In this document: in pieces, positions 9,118 to 19,539 of the stretch
How the letters are laid out: every line of letters starts with the position of its first letter
How positions within the stretch are numbered: position 1 is the first letter of the stretch
Assembly: GCF_002075285.3 (NCBI RefSeq)
Contig: NZ_CP021983.2
Span: forward strand, 3,420,001 to 3,452,000
DNA length: 32,000 bases
Reading direction: 5' to 3'
Source: Halomicronema hongdechloris C2206
GTDB taxonomy: Bacteria; Cyanobacteriota; Cyanobacteriia; Phormidesmidales; Phormidesmidaceae
Made by a program: the position numbers and the translations under genes
Notes under the pieces: generated by a model
Seen by the model: only the letters and a program-made list of their open reading frames with translations
What the model was told of the DNA's origin: nothing
The model's database searches: none

Positions 9118-9307
9118 CATGCCCTGAGCTAGTCGAACAGTCGAAGGGGCAGAAGGGCTGTGCCCGTGCCAAGTAGTGAGAACTGGCCTTAGAGGATATT
9201 TGGAAAGTACCCTGCAACCTTGCTCCAGACTGGAGTCTGGCCAACAGAGTCATACGCTCTAAAACGCTTACCCTGCAGGGTTTTCAGCCGAGTTCTCAAA
9301 TGTCTTC

Positions 9308-9739
9308 TTAGCCCAGGCTGAAAGCATCTTCCAGATAATCCTGCAGCACTAGGGAATAAAGGCTCTGGGGTAAGGGTCTGTGGTGCAGGCCGATTTGGGG
9401 ATTGGTCTGGCAGGTGACCAAGGCCACATCAAAGCGGCAGGGCCACTCTTGCCATTGGGGCTGTTGGATGAGAAATAGCTGGGCGGCTCGCCACAGCTTG
9501 CGTTGCTTCTGGGGGGTGATGGCCATGAGGCCGTCGGCATCCCAATTCCCCTGGCGCCTTGTCTTGACTTCGACAAAGGCCAGCAGGGAGTCGGGTTGAC
9601 GCACTACCAGATCCAACTCGCCCCAGCGGCAATGCCACCGTTGCGCCACTAATTCGCCGCCCCGGTGCCGCAGCCAGTCGGCTACCAGTAATTCGCCTAA
9701 ACGCCCCAGATCGGCCCGTTGCGGTAATGGTATGGTCAT
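9308..9739 (-). CDS. yraN: YraN-family (UPF0102) endonuclease-like protein
   Basis: 'LGRLGELLVADWLRHRGGELVAQRWHCRWGELDLVV...LAFVEVKTRR' is the YraN signature. Confidence 0.85.
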   Translation of the reverse strand: MTIPLPQRADLGRLGELLVADWLRHRGGELVAQRWHCRWGELDLVVRQPDSLLAFVEVKTRRQGNWDADGLMAITPQKQRKLWRAAQLFLIQQPQWQEWPCRFDVALVTCQTNPQIGLHHRPLPQSLYSLVLQDYLEDAFSLG

Positions 9740-9802
9740 CGTTTGCGGCCCTGAATGCTGACCTTAGGGTAGACAGCGGCGCTAGCAAACTAACGGCAGA
9801 CT

Positions 9803-11752
9803 TCAGGAACTGGGTTCCAGGGCGTTATAGAACTCTCCTACCCAGGGCAGTTGGGCCAGATCTGCGAAGCTGACCTGGCGCTCCTGTTCTAGGTGCTGAA
9901 TCCGCCGTTTCTCGGCATAGATCTGCTGTTGGTAGTGGGCCAGTTCTTCCCGGGAGGCATGGGGGGCGGCGTTGCTCCAGAGCGCCAGGAAGTGGCGGTA
10001 ACGCTTCTCGCAGAGATTCTTTTCCATGCAGGCGGTGGCGGCCCGAATCACCAGGGGAGCCCGCAGAATATCTCGCTGGGTCTTCTCATCGAGGTGCAGC
10101 AGATACTGGGTCTGGCTCAGGGGACCGGAAAATTCAGCGATGCGATCGCGCAGAGGGGTAATCAGATCTTCGCCCGTGGCTGGTTCGTCTAATAGGCTCT
10201 GGAGATAGTGCCACAGGGCCCGATGGTGGGAAAAGCTAAATTGCAGATCCCGGTCATCTAAGGCGGCGGTCACCGTGGTGCGAAAGGCGGGGGCATGGAG
10301 AAAGATCCGCAGTAGGGCCGCCTCAGCCTGCTCTAGGGCGCTGAGGGCGCGGGGCTGCTGGGCCATGGCGTCTTGACCTTGGCCATCCCGGGACGGGCGT
10401 CGCTGGCGTCGCACCTGGGCCAGCAGGTTTTCGGCGAGCAGCGGCACTAGACGACTGTCGCCATGGCTGAAGATTTCGGCGCAGTGACGGATGTAGTGGG
10501 TGCGGGTGTCGGCGTTGGCAATCTGGCTGAGCAGGGCCACGATGGCCTGGGTGGCTTGCTGAAAGTGATCGGCTTGGCGTAGATCGCGGCCCTCTAGACT
10601 CTGCTGAATTTGCCAGTCGAGCCAGAGGGGGCTGGCCTCCAACAAGGCTCGATAGTCCTCGGCGCTATAGTGCTTGAGATAGTCGTCCGGGTCTTTGCCC
10701 TCGGGAATGGTGAGGATGCGCAACTGCACATCCCCCCGGTAGGCCATGTCGGTGACTTCACCGATGGCCCGTTCGGCCGCCCTGGTACCGGCGGCATCGG
10801 CGTCGAAGTTGAGGATGATCTGCTTGGAGTCGCTATAGCGGAGCAATTGCCGCACTTGGGCCGCGTTTAGGGCAGTGCCGAGGGCGGCGACGGTGTTGCT
10901 GATCCCGGCGGCATGGAGGGCAATGACGTCGAAGTAGCCCTCGACGACGATGGCCTGGTCTGCTTTTGCGATCGCAGCCCGAGCCAGATCCAGGCCATAG
11001 AGAGTCTTGCCCTTATCAAACAGTTCCGTATCCGGCGAATTGAGGTATTTGGGTTGGGCTGCGCCCATGGCCCGACCACCAAAACCAATCACCCGACTCT
11101 GGGCATCGCGGATGGGAATCATCAGCCGTTCACGAAACCGATCGTAATAGCCACTGCCCTTGGCGCGAGGCACAATCAGTCCTGCCTTCTCCACTAACTC
11201 CACGGGATAACGTTTCTGCTCTACCAAATAGCCATAGAGAGTCTGCCAGCCACCGGGGGCAAAGCCCAACTGAAACTGCTGAATCGTCTCTTCCCGCAGC
11301 TGTCGTTGTTGGCGCAGATAGGCCAAGGCCTCGGCTCCGTCCGACTGGCGTAGGGCATGCTCATAGAACTTGGCAGTCACGGCCAGAATCTCGAAGAGTT
11401 GCTGCCGTAGGCTGAGTTGTCGCTGTAGCTGTTGCCGCTGGGCCGGTTCCAGGGTCTTGACCGGCACCTGATACCGCTGGGCCAACTCCAACACCACATC
11501 GGCGAAGGAGCGCTTATTCAGCTCCATCAAAAACTTAAAGCCATTCCCCCCGGCCCCACAGGAAAAGCAGTAATAGAACTGCTTGCCAGGGCTGACACTA
11601 AAGCTAGGGGACTTATCGTCGTGAAACGGGCAGAGGCCGACAAAGTCTTTTCCCTGCTTTTTAAGAACCACATGCTGGGAGACAATATCGACGATATCGG
11701 CCCGTTCGCGGACCGCTTCAATGGTATCGGGATGGAGACGGGGGGTAGTCAT
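9803..11752 (-). CDS. dnaG: DNA primase
   Basis: Zn-ribbon 'CPFHDDKSPSFSVSPGKQFYYCFSCGAGGN', TOPRIM 'VVEGYFDVIALHAAG' and 'NFDADAAG'. Start placed at ATG 11752 (MTTPRLHPDTIEAV...); the longest ORF begins at 11791. Confidence 0.96.
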   Translation of the reverse strand: MTTPRLHPDTIEAVRERADIVDIVSQHVVLKKQGKDFVGLCPFHDDKSPSFSVSPGKQFYYCFSCGAGGNGFKFLMELNKRSFADVVLELAQRYQVPVKTLEPAQRQQLQRQLSLRQQLFEILAVTAKFYEHALRQSDGAEALAYLRQQRQLREETIQQFQLGFAPGGWQTLYGYLVEQKRYPVELVEKAGLIVPRAKGSGYYDRFRERLMIPIRDAQSRVIGFGGRAMGAAQPKYLNSPDTELFDKGKTLYGLDLARAAIAKADQAIVVEGYFDVIALHAAGISNTVAALGTALNAAQVRQLLRYSDSKQIILNFDADAAGTRAAERAIGEVTDMAYRGDVQLRILTIPEGKDPDDYLKHYSAEDYRALLEASPLWLDWQIQQSLEGRDLRQADHFQQATQAIVALLSQIANADTRTHYIRHCAEIFSHGDSRLVPLLAENLLAQVRRQRRPSRDGQGQDAMAQQPRALSALEQAEAALLRIFLHAPAFRTTVTAALDDRDLQFSFSHHRALWHYLQSLLDEPATGEDLITPLRDRIAEFSGPLSQTQYLLHLDEKTQRDILRAPLVIRAATACMEKNLCEKRYRHFLALWSNAAPHASREELAHYQQQIYAEKRRIQHLEQERQVSFADLAQLPWVGEFYNALEPSS

Positions 11753-11932
11753 AGCCAGGCGCAAATGCCTCACGATCGCCCTCTCGGTCATCCTCTAGGA
11801 ATAGTATGTAGAAGGCTTTTTTCTCAGCTGCTAACACTAGTCCTAGTATTCTAAGCCAATTGCATTAAATCCTGTGGACTCTGGGGCGTTCTTATTGTAG
11901 GTCATTTGTATTGATAGGGGTGGTGGGTGGAT

Positions 11933-11997
11933 GGGGAGTGCGGAGGACGGAGAGTGGAGGACGGAAAACGGAAAAACGAAGAGAGAACAGGGGACAA
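11933..11997. repeat. Purine-rich degenerate heptamer repeats (GGAGGAC/GGAGAGT/GGAAAAC)
   Basis: Read directly. 7-nt phase from 11942 for at least 5 units. Related in sequence to the 15504..15590 array. Confidence 0.7.
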
Positions 11998-12002
11998 GGT
12001 AG

Positions 12003-12021
12003 GGGCGCGGTTGCCGCGCCC
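12003..12021. other. GC-rich hairpin GGGCGCGG-TTG-CCGCGCCC
   Basis: 8-bp perfect stem, 3-nt loop, in the dnaG / CNNM divergent intergenic region. No adjacent U-tract. Confidence 0.5.
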
Positions 12022-12188
12022 AATGCAGAAAACTCAGCAGTACACGGCAATAGGCTAGGCTTTGTAGCCATTACGATGACTTGAGACAATGGTCAGCAGA
12101 GGTACCTCTCTATCTCAAAATCCTCTTCTGGAGGGCATTTTGGAGCACCTCTGGCGAGCATGATCCCATCTTTGAAGGAACTCCTGGC

Positions 12189-13508
12189 ATGTCTGCCACC
12201 AGTCTCGAATTGTTATTGATTCTGCTGCTGATTGGGCTGAATGGTGTGTTTGCGGGCTCTGAAATCGCCCTAGTGTCGTCCCGCAAGGCTCGCCTAGAAC
12301 AGCAGGCTCGCCAAGGAAAGGTGACCGCCCGCCTGGCCCTGACCCTGACGGCTCACCCCAATGACTTCCTCTCCGCGGTGCAAATCGGCATCACTCTGGT
12401 GGGCATTCTCAGTGGGGCCCTGGGAGGAGCGACGGTGGCTCGACGCCTAGGGCATTTGCTGGCTCGAGTCCCTGGGGTAGCGCCCTACAGCCAACTACTG
12501 AGTCTAGCCCTGGTGGTGGGTAGCATTACCTACCTGTCCCTGGTGCTCGGGGAACTGGTGCCCAAGCGCCTGGCCTTGAATAGCCCGGAGCGCATCGCCT
12601 GCCGAGTGGCTAGGCCCATGCACTGCTTGGCTCGCCTGACGGCCCCATTGGTGCGTCTGCTGAGTCTTTCCACGGATGGGGTGCTGAATCTGCTGGGGGT
12701 ACGGCCTTCCCAAGAGCCGTCTATCACCGAGGAAGAGATCAAGGTCTTGATGGAGCAAGGGACCGCCGCCGGGACCTTCGAGGAGTCGGAAGGGGCGATG
12801 GTCGGGCGGATCTTCCACCTAGGAGATCGATCGATCAAGGCCCTGATGACTCCCCGTACCGACATCGATTGGCTGGATCTGGAGGGAGATGATGAGACCA
12901 ATCGGCAGATTGTGATCAACAGTCCCCACTCTCGCTTCCCTGTCTGTCGAGGTAGCATCGACAATTGTTTGGGGGTAATTCGCCTGCGTAGTCTCTTGCC
13001 CGACTACTTGATGGGACAGGCTGTTGACCTGATGGAGTTGATCCAGCCTCCCCTCTACGTGGCTGAGAATGTGCGAGCCCTGAAGGTGCTGGAGATGTTT
13101 CAGGCCTCGGGTACCCACATCGCCTTGATCATGGATGAATATGGCGGCGTGGAAGGATTGGTTACCCTAAATGACTTGGTGGAAGCCATCGTCGGGGAGT
13201 TGCCCACCGTTGATGATGCCACCGAACCCATGGTAATTCAGCGGCAGGACGGCTCTTGGCTCTTGGATGGATTGCTGCCGTTGGAAGAGCTGAAGGGGAT
13301 AATGCAATGGGAGAGTCTGCCGCGGGAGAGTACCGGTGAGTATCATACCCTAGCGGGTTTTGTGCTGACCCTACTGGGGCACATTCCCACCTCTGGGGTT
13401 TCCCTGGAGTGGGAAGGGTGGCGCCTAGAGGTGGTGGATATGGACGGATGGCGGATCGACAAGGTTCTGTTAACCCCGTTGCCGCCCCCACCGGAGCAGG
13501 AGCCTTAA
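12189..13508 (+). CDS. CNNM/DUF21-CBS-CorC_HlyC family membrane protein (hemolysin-family / putative Mg/Co efflux)
   Basis: 'LLLIGLNGVFAGSEIALVSSR' DUF21 opening, CBS pair region, C-terminal 'VIQRQDGSWLLDGLLPLEEL...GWRLEVVDMDGWRIDKVLL' CorC_HlyC. Start at ATG 12189; the track ORF starts at a TTG at 12081. Confidence 0.9.
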   Translation: MSATSLELLLILLLIGLNGVFAGSEIALVSSRKARLEQQARQGKVTARLALTLTAHPNDFLSAVQIGITLVGILSGALGGATVARRLGHLLARVPGVAPYSQLLSLALVVGSITYLSLVLGELVPKRLALNSPERIACRVARPMHCLARLTAPLVRLLSLSTDGVLNLLGVRPSQEPSITEEEIKVLMEQGTAAGTFEESEGAMVGRIFHLGDRSIKALMTPRTDIDWLDLEGDDETNRQIVINSPHSRFPVCRGSIDNCLGVIRLRSLLPDYLMGQAVDLMELIQPPLYVAENVRALKVLEMFQASGTHIALIMDEYGGVEGLVTLNDLVEAIVGELPTVDDATEPMVIQRQDGSWLLDGLLPLEELKGIMQWESLPRESTGEYHTLAGFVLTLLGHIPTSGVSLEWEGWRLEVVDMDGWRIDKVLLTPLPPPPEQEP

Positions 13509-13510
13509 CC

Positions 13511-13597
13511 CCTGGTAGACTGTGGTACCAGGCTGAGCACTGGTCGTATCTAGAAGATTGACAGGCAGGGCTTGTTCTCTGCCTGGAGTGGCTCCAG
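13511..13597. terminator. Cluster of three hairpins in the convergent intergenic region (CNNM / ccmP)
   Basis: CCTGGTA-N8-TACCAGG (13511..13532, starting 3 nt after the stop), CAGGCAG-N10-CTGCCTG (13562..13585), CTGGAG-N3-CTCCAG (13583..13597). No clean U-tracts, so the terminator role is only plausible. Confidence 0.35.
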
Positions 13598-13681
13598 GGA
13601 AGCAACACAGCCGCAGGGGAGTAGGGGAAGCAAATGATCAGCCAACTGTGGCCATGGCGTACTGGTGAGTTGAGATTGACG

Positions 13682-14323
13682 CTACTCCTTACGCTGAGGC
13701 AGTTCTTGGGAGCGGCCTGATACGGTTTCCATGACGGCGATCACCGCCCGTTGAGCCGCCAGGATATCCCGTTCTTCTCCCCCTAGGTAAAGGCGGCCAA
13801 AACTGCCCACTGAGCTGATCTGCAAGATATTGATCATGGCTGCTTTTTCGGCTTCGTTGGCGGCCAGGGAGGCATAGGCCGCAGGTTCTACCTCGAAGAC
13901 GTAGAGGGTCTGACCGGCCAGGATCATATTGCCGCGGCGATTGCGGTTGATCAGCTGCACATGGTGAGGGTCGAGGTTGCGGATCACCTGGCTGGAGATA
14001 ACGCGAGGCTTGAGCCGCTCTCGATAGTGAACATCTAGGGCGCTGAGCATGGCTTGGCCCGCGGCATGAACTTCCCCTTGCTTGCTGGAATGGATCTCTA
14101 GCAAGCCATAGAGGCGTTCGACAATGAGTACCCCCGGTCGCACCACGGCGGACTTGAGGCCGATATCCATGATCCGGTTGATTTCGATGCCGGGGGAAAT
14201 TTCGATCCAGAGGGAGGCATCTCCCGGTAGTGGTAGAAACCCGAGCGATACGGTGCCCATATAGGCCGCATGCTGGGGTTGCAAATTGTCGATGTATACG
14301 TAGCTGCGCAGTTCTACACCCAA
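13682..14323 (-). CDS. ccmP: Tandem-BMC-domain carboxysome shell protein CcmP
   Basis: 213 aa. '[25 protein letters not shown]...[12 protein letters not shown]...[30 protein letters not shown]' and the length match my recollection of Synechococcus elongatus CcmP. This is memory, not a search. Confidence 0.8.
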   Translation of the reverse strand: MGVELRSYVYIDNLQPQHAAYMGTVSLGFLPLPGDASLWIEISPGIEINRIMDIGLKSAVVRPGVLIVERLYGLLEIHSSKQGEVHAAGQAMLSALDVHYRERLKPRVISSQVIRNLDPHHVQLINRNRRGNMILAGQTLYVFEVEPAAYASLAANEAEKAAMINILQISSVGSFGRLYLGGEERDILAAQRAVIAVMETVSGRSQELPQRKE

Positions 14324-14495
14324 GAGCTTTCCCGCCGATAGGTCCCAAGACAGTATAACGGCTGCTGGACGGCAGGCTGGTATCGGCGGCGGTAACTGGC
14401 CAGTGGGGCAGTGCCAGGGTGCCCACAGTGGCGGGGAGCCAGGGGAAATGGCAATTTCGTGGCTGTTTCAGTGGCTGTTGCAAAGGGTAGGTGGT

Positions 14496-15503
14496 TTAGG
14501 CGCAATCGGGGTCAATGAAGCGGATCCAGTCTCCGTCTACCCGTGCGATCGCACCGCCCGGCAAGGGATCACTCTGACTGCGATGCGGCGCGGTAATCAA
14601 ATGCACCACCTTGGCCACCTGCTCAAAGCCGACCTGGGCGATTTGTCGTTGCTGCAGCACCCGCCGGATCAGGCGTCGTTGCAGGGCCACATGACTCACT
14701 TGCAGCGGCGGCCGGTGTAGCCGCCGCGGTCGCCCGCCGGCATCCGCCTCCACCACTGAGGCATAGAGACTATCTACCATTGTCTCTAGGTAAGCCACCT
14801 CCGCCGCCAGCACCTCCGCCGTTTGGGCTAGGGTGTGCTCAACCCTGGGATTAAACTGCTCAGCCAGATAGGGCAGTAGATCGAGACGGATACGATTGCG
14901 AGCATAGGCCCGGTCCTGGTTAGTGCAGTCTTGCCAATGGGGCAATCCTTGCTGCCGACAAAAGGCGACGGTTTCAGCCCGGGTGATCGCCAGCAGGGGC
15001 CGCACCAGCACGATGGGTAACGGGGCCGCCGGCTGCAGAGGCCGCTGCCAGGTGAGGGCCTGTAAGCCATCGGCGCCACTGCCCCGCATCAGGTTATACA
15101 GCAAGGTTTCCGCCCGGTCCGTGGCCGTATGCCCTGTCGCTACCCGGGTGCAGCCATGATATCGAGCCAGCTGATGAAATTGGTCGTAGCGCCACTGACG
15201 AGCTGCCGCTTCACTACTCGGGGGTTGGGCCGCCGTCACGGTGTCACAGGATATGCCATGGTCGCGACACCAGGTTTCCACAAAACTGGCGTTAGCCTCG
15301 GCATCGGCCCGCCAACGATGGTTGGCATGGGCTACCACCACCCGCCACCCCCACTTGGGCCGCAAATCCCACAGCAGTTTCAGTAGGGCCATAGAATCTT
15401 GCCCCCCCGATACGGCTACCAGGCAATGGCTTCCCTGGGGCAAGAGCTGTCGCGCCTTCAAGAGGCGGTGGATATGAGCATGGAGGTCTGTCCAGTCGGG
15501 CAT
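14496..15503 (-). CDS. tilS: tRNA(Ile)-lysidine synthase
   Basis: PP-loop 'LVAVSGGQDSMALL', 'HANHRWR', 'ATGHTATDRAETLLYNLMRGSG'. Confidence 0.92.
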   Translation of the reverse strand: MPDWTDLHAHIHRLLKARQLLPQGSHCLVAVSGGQDSMALLKLLWDLRPKWGWRVVVAHANHRWRADAEANASFVETWCRDHGISCDTVTAAQPPSSEAAARQWRYDQFHQLARYHGCTRVATGHTATDRAETLLYNLMRGSGADGLQALTWQRPLQPAAPLPIVLVRPLLAITRAETVAFCRQQGLPHWQDCTNQDRAYARNRIRLDLLPYLAEQFNPRVEHTLAQTAEVLAAEVAYLETMVDSLYASVVEADAGGRPRRLHRPPLQVSHVALQRRLIRRVLQQRQIAQVGFEQVAKVVHLITAPHRSQSDPLPGGAIARVDGDWIRFIDPDCA

Positions 15504-15590
15504 GGGGGAGTGGGAGAGTGGAGAGTGAAGAGTGAAGAGTGGAGAGTGAAGGGTGGAGAGTGGGGGAGTGGGAGAGTGAAGAGTGAAGGG
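15504..15590. repeat. Heptamer tandem array (GRRGRGT; GGAGAGT/GAAGAGT) ~12 units
   Basis: Read directly, starting right after the tilS start codon. The phase is interrupted by occasional 8-nt units. Confidence 0.9.
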
Positions 15591-15611
15591 CTCTAAAATA
15601 CTTGCCCTTGC

Positions 15612-15636
15612 TACTCGTTACTCGTTACTCGTTACT
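15612..15636. repeat. Heptamer tandem repeat (TACTCGT) x 3.5
   Basis: tactcgttactcgttactcgttact, read directly. Confidence 0.9.
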
Positions 15637-15663
15637 TGATCTGCCCACCACTCCATCACCCCA

Positions 15664-18459
15664 TCACTCTGCTGCACCTATCAGAGTGAAGGCGGCCCAG
15701 TCAACTGGGTCTGGAGTGGCCTGCATGGTCGCCAGCATGGCCTGCCGCAGGGCCTGGGCTTTGGTCTGTCCCTGGGCGATGTGGCGATAAAACGCCGTCA
15801 TCAACTGGGCGGTGGGAACATCGGGTACGGCCCACAGGGATACCACAATGCTGGGCACTCCCGCCGCCATGAAGGCCCGAGAGAGGCCAATCACGCCATC
15901 GCCAGTGATGCGTCCCCGCCCAGTATCACAGGCACTCAGTACCGCCAGCTCCGCCGGCAAGTCCATTTGCAAAATTTCAGCAGCGGTGAGTAGGCCGTCT
16001 TCGCCCCCGCCGGGAGCCAAGGCAATGGCCCCAGGGGTGTCACGAGTTCCAGTTTCCCGTGGGTCCCCGTATTCCAGCAAGCCGTGGGTGGCTAGATGAA
16101 TTAGCTCGGCACTGACCAGTTGCTGTTTCACAGCAGATTCAGTGGCTTGATCACCCAGCAGGACAGGGGCTTGCAAGAATTCAGCAATCACTTCGGCCTC
16201 CCGTTGAGCACCGGCTAGGGGCCTCAGTTGCACTGCCGCAAAGATGCCACCGTCGTTCAGGAGGGTCACCGTGGGCATGGTGGGATTACCTACGACTAGG
16301 GGAGTTGCGGCGAGTACCGATGAGAAATCGCGCGCCTGGGCAAGGTTATGGGCCAGTTGCAGCACCTGTAGCGAAGGCGCTGTCAGGATGGTGTGGTGTT
16401 CAATCAAGTAATCGCCCCTAGGAGCTCTTAGAGCCGGGAACGGCACCAGGAAGAGTTCTCCTTGGGGCATGAAGACGACGGGTTGCTCAGGATCAGTCGG
16501 CAACAGATCGGCGATAGGAGCAATGAGCAGATCGTAAAGCTGGCTCAGGGTTTCATCGGCTTTGGCGCGGCGCTGGGCTAGAGACTCGGGGGTGTATTCG
16601 ACGGTAATGGTGGCAGAGGTGCGATCGCCCCGGACGCCCATGGCATCGCGGCTCTCGGCAAGAAGGCTAGTTAGGTCAATGCCGGTAAGAGGCTGTTGAC
16701 GGAAAACAATCCTACCCTCGGGGGAGACCACCCAGGCGTAAAGCCAGGGAGTTCCTTCAAATGTCAGCACGATGGAATATTCGATCAAGGTGGCCTGTTG
16801 TTGCTGGGCCAGAGTTTGAATGGCAACCAGATTGGGCGGCTGGGTCTGAGCAGCCAAGGGTCTGGTCGTGAATCGTGTCGCTAGCAGCAAGGCAAAGGCT
16901 TCGGCGCGCCCTTGCTCTGCGATTTCTAGGGCGGCATCGGTTTTATGCTGAGCCACTAGGGCTACTTGCAAGTTTTCGTAGGGACTATGGTGCCGATCGA
17001 ATAGGGCCACCCGCTCCCTATCGCTTAGATCCCCTCGGATGGCTGCTCGGATGCCAATGGATTGCCGTAATCGCGCTTCAGCCTCCGAGTACTTTTGCCA
17101 GAGTAAGAGGGTGTGGCCCCAGTTGGCTAAGGCATTAGATTCGCCCACGCGGTCGCCGATAGCTTTTGCGATCGCATGTTGCTGCTGCAGGGCGGCAATC
17201 GATTCGGCATAGCGTCCCAGCTGCTGATACACAATGCCTAAATTGCCCCAGACATTGGCTTCTCCCTGGCGATCACCAATCTCACGAAACATGGCTAAGC
17301 CCGTTTCGAAGTGGGTAATGGCTTGCTCGTAGGCACCGGTTTCAGAGTGCACCAAGCCCACATTACTCAGAGCCATGGCTTCCCCTCGGGGGCTTTCAAT
17401 CTGCCGATAGAGAGCCAAGGCTTGCTCGTGATACTGCCGGGCAGCTGTCAATTCCCCCTGATGTAAGCTGGCGATGCCTAAGTTGGTCAGAGCAATCGCC
17501 CGGCCCGCTGGATCATTGAGCTGTTCCGTCCAGGGTAAGGCCTGAGTCAAAAACTCAATGGCCTGGGGATACAACCCCAACACATTGTGGAGAATACCGA
17601 GGTTGTTATAGGCCGCCTTGATGCCGACCGCATCGCCAATGTGCTCAGAGAGCCTCAGAGCCTGTCTTGTATACTCAATCGCTTGGGGGTATTCTCCCAA
17701 TCCCTTGTGCACCCCACCGAGGTTACTGAGAATAAGCGACTGACCATAGGCATCTTGCAGCTGTTGGTAAATGCCGAGGGCTTGCTGGAAGGGGGAGATG
17801 GCCTGCTGGTAGGCGCCGCGCCCGAAATGGTAGGTGCCGATGCCATTCCAGGCCGAGGCTTGTCGTCTCCAATCATCGTTCTCTTGGGCCAGGCTCAGGG
17901 CCTGTTGAAAAAAATCAAGGGCTCTGGGGTCATTTAGGGACCCATAGGCAATGCCCAAATTTCCCAAGGCCATCATCTGACCCTCGATGTCATGGTGCCG
18001 TTGTGCGATCGCAAGGGCCCGTTCGTAATAATCGATCGCCCGTCGATAGAACCCCTGGGCATCCTGCAAATTGCCAAGACCAATCAAGGCCGAAACCTGG
18101 TTCTGGCCATCACTAATGGATTGGGCAATCGCCAAAGCCTGCTCAAAGGCATCCGTGGCGTTAGGATATTGCCCCAAGGAGAAATATCCATTGCCTAAAT
18201 TCACCCAGGCTATGGCTTGATTCTCGCGGTCATGCCAGCGCTGATATATTGCCAACGCCCGCTGCCATAGCGCAACAGCCTCTTGAAAATTGCCCTGATT
18301 TGCCAGGTCAATCCCCTCAGCCATCAGGCGCTCGGCATCGGCACTCGAGGCCTGAGCCAAGGCTGGGGGGAGCAACCAATCGGTTTGGGGGGGCAGGCCA
18401 GGCATAGCGCCAAGAGCTGTTAAAGCAGCCAAGCCAAGGAGCCTTGCAAAGTAACCCAT
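15664..18459 (-). CDS. Secreted TPR-repeat / CHAT-domain (caspase-like) protein
   Basis: 931 aa. N-terminal signal-like 'MGYFARLLGLAALTALGAMPG...ALAQA'. About 10 or more TPR units of the '...A...Y.QAL.I......GEA....LG..Y' type. C-terminal CHAT with 'IHLATHG' (His) and 'VLSACDTG' (Cys codon 15928..15930). Confidence 0.9.
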   Translation of the reverse strand: MGYFARLLGLAALTALGAMPGLPPQTDWLLPPALAQASSADAERLMAEGIDLANQGNFQEAVALWQRALAIYQRWHDRENQAIAWVNLGNGYFSLGQYPNATDAFEQALAIAQSISDGQNQVSALIGLGNLQDAQGFYRRAIDYYERALAIAQRHHDIEGQMMALGNLGIAYGSLNDPRALDFFQQALSLAQENDDWRRQASAWNGIGTYHFGRGAYQQAISPFQQALGIYQQLQDAYGQSLILSNLGGVHKGLGEYPQAIEYTRQALRLSEHIGDAVGIKAAYNNLGILHNVLGLYPQAIEFLTQALPWTEQLNDPAGRAIALTNLGIASLHQGELTAARQYHEQALALYRQIESPRGEAMALSNVGLVHSETGAYEQAITHFETGLAMFREIGDRQGEANVWGNLGIVYQQLGRYAESIAALQQQHAIAKAIGDRVGESNALANWGHTLLLWQKYSEAEARLRQSIGIRAAIRGDLSDRERVALFDRHHSPYENLQVALVAQHKTDAALEIAEQGRAEAFALLLATRFTTRPLAAQTQPPNLVAIQTLAQQQQATLIEYSIVLTFEGTPWLYAWVVSPEGRIVFRQQPLTGIDLTSLLAESRDAMGVRGDRTSATITVEYTPESLAQRRAKADETLSQLYDLLIAPIADLLPTDPEQPVVFMPQGELFLVPFPALRAPRGDYLIEHHTILTAPSLQVLQLAHNLAQARDFSSVLAATPLVVGNPTMPTVTLLNDGGIFAAVQLRPLAGAQREAEVIAEFLQAPVLLGDQATESAVKQQLVSAELIHLATHGLLEYGDPRETGTRDTPGAIALAPGGGEDGLLTAAEILQMDLPAELAVLSACDTGRGRITGDGVIGLSRAFMAAGVPSIVVSLWAVPDVPTAQLMTAFYRHIAQGQTKAQALRQAMLATMQATPDPVDWAAFTLIGAAE

Positions 18460-18670
18460 GGCCAGAACCCGCAGATGCTAAGAGGTGATATCAGAATATA
18501 GCTCTGGCCCCAGAGTACCGATGCAGGATTAAAGAATCTTGTCCAATTCCTTAGATGGCAGGGAGAAACGGGGATTAGCGACCAGAACTAATAGCAGTCA
18601 GCCAGAGGTCGGCCTAACCCTTAGCGTTCAGCCCCCATCACCCCTACTCCTTATTCTGAATGTGTTCTAA

Positions 18671-19516
<846 letters not shown>

Positions 19517-19539
19517 CGCCAACGGTTTATTTACTGTCG

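Noticed and set aside
9270-9281. 12-bp palindrome ACCCTGCAGGGT followed by TTTT, as a terminator for the fur-like gene.
   Set aside because: It lies 200 nt downstream of the stop, and the usable stem is only ~4 bp once a loop is allowed. It is more likely a chance PstI-like palindrome.
13689-14483. 264-aa ORF overlapping ccmP in another frame. Similar long alternative-frame ORFs occur elsewhere, e.g. 344..586, 366..800, 4425..4991, 12504..13118 and 26593..27216.
   Set aside because: Arg/Pro/Gly-rich translations are typical of off-frame reading in high-GC DNA. Each overlaps a gene with clear family motifs.
15504-15636. CRISPR array.
   Set aside because: The period is 7 nt with no spacers, and no cas genes are present. 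These are STRR-type microsatellites.
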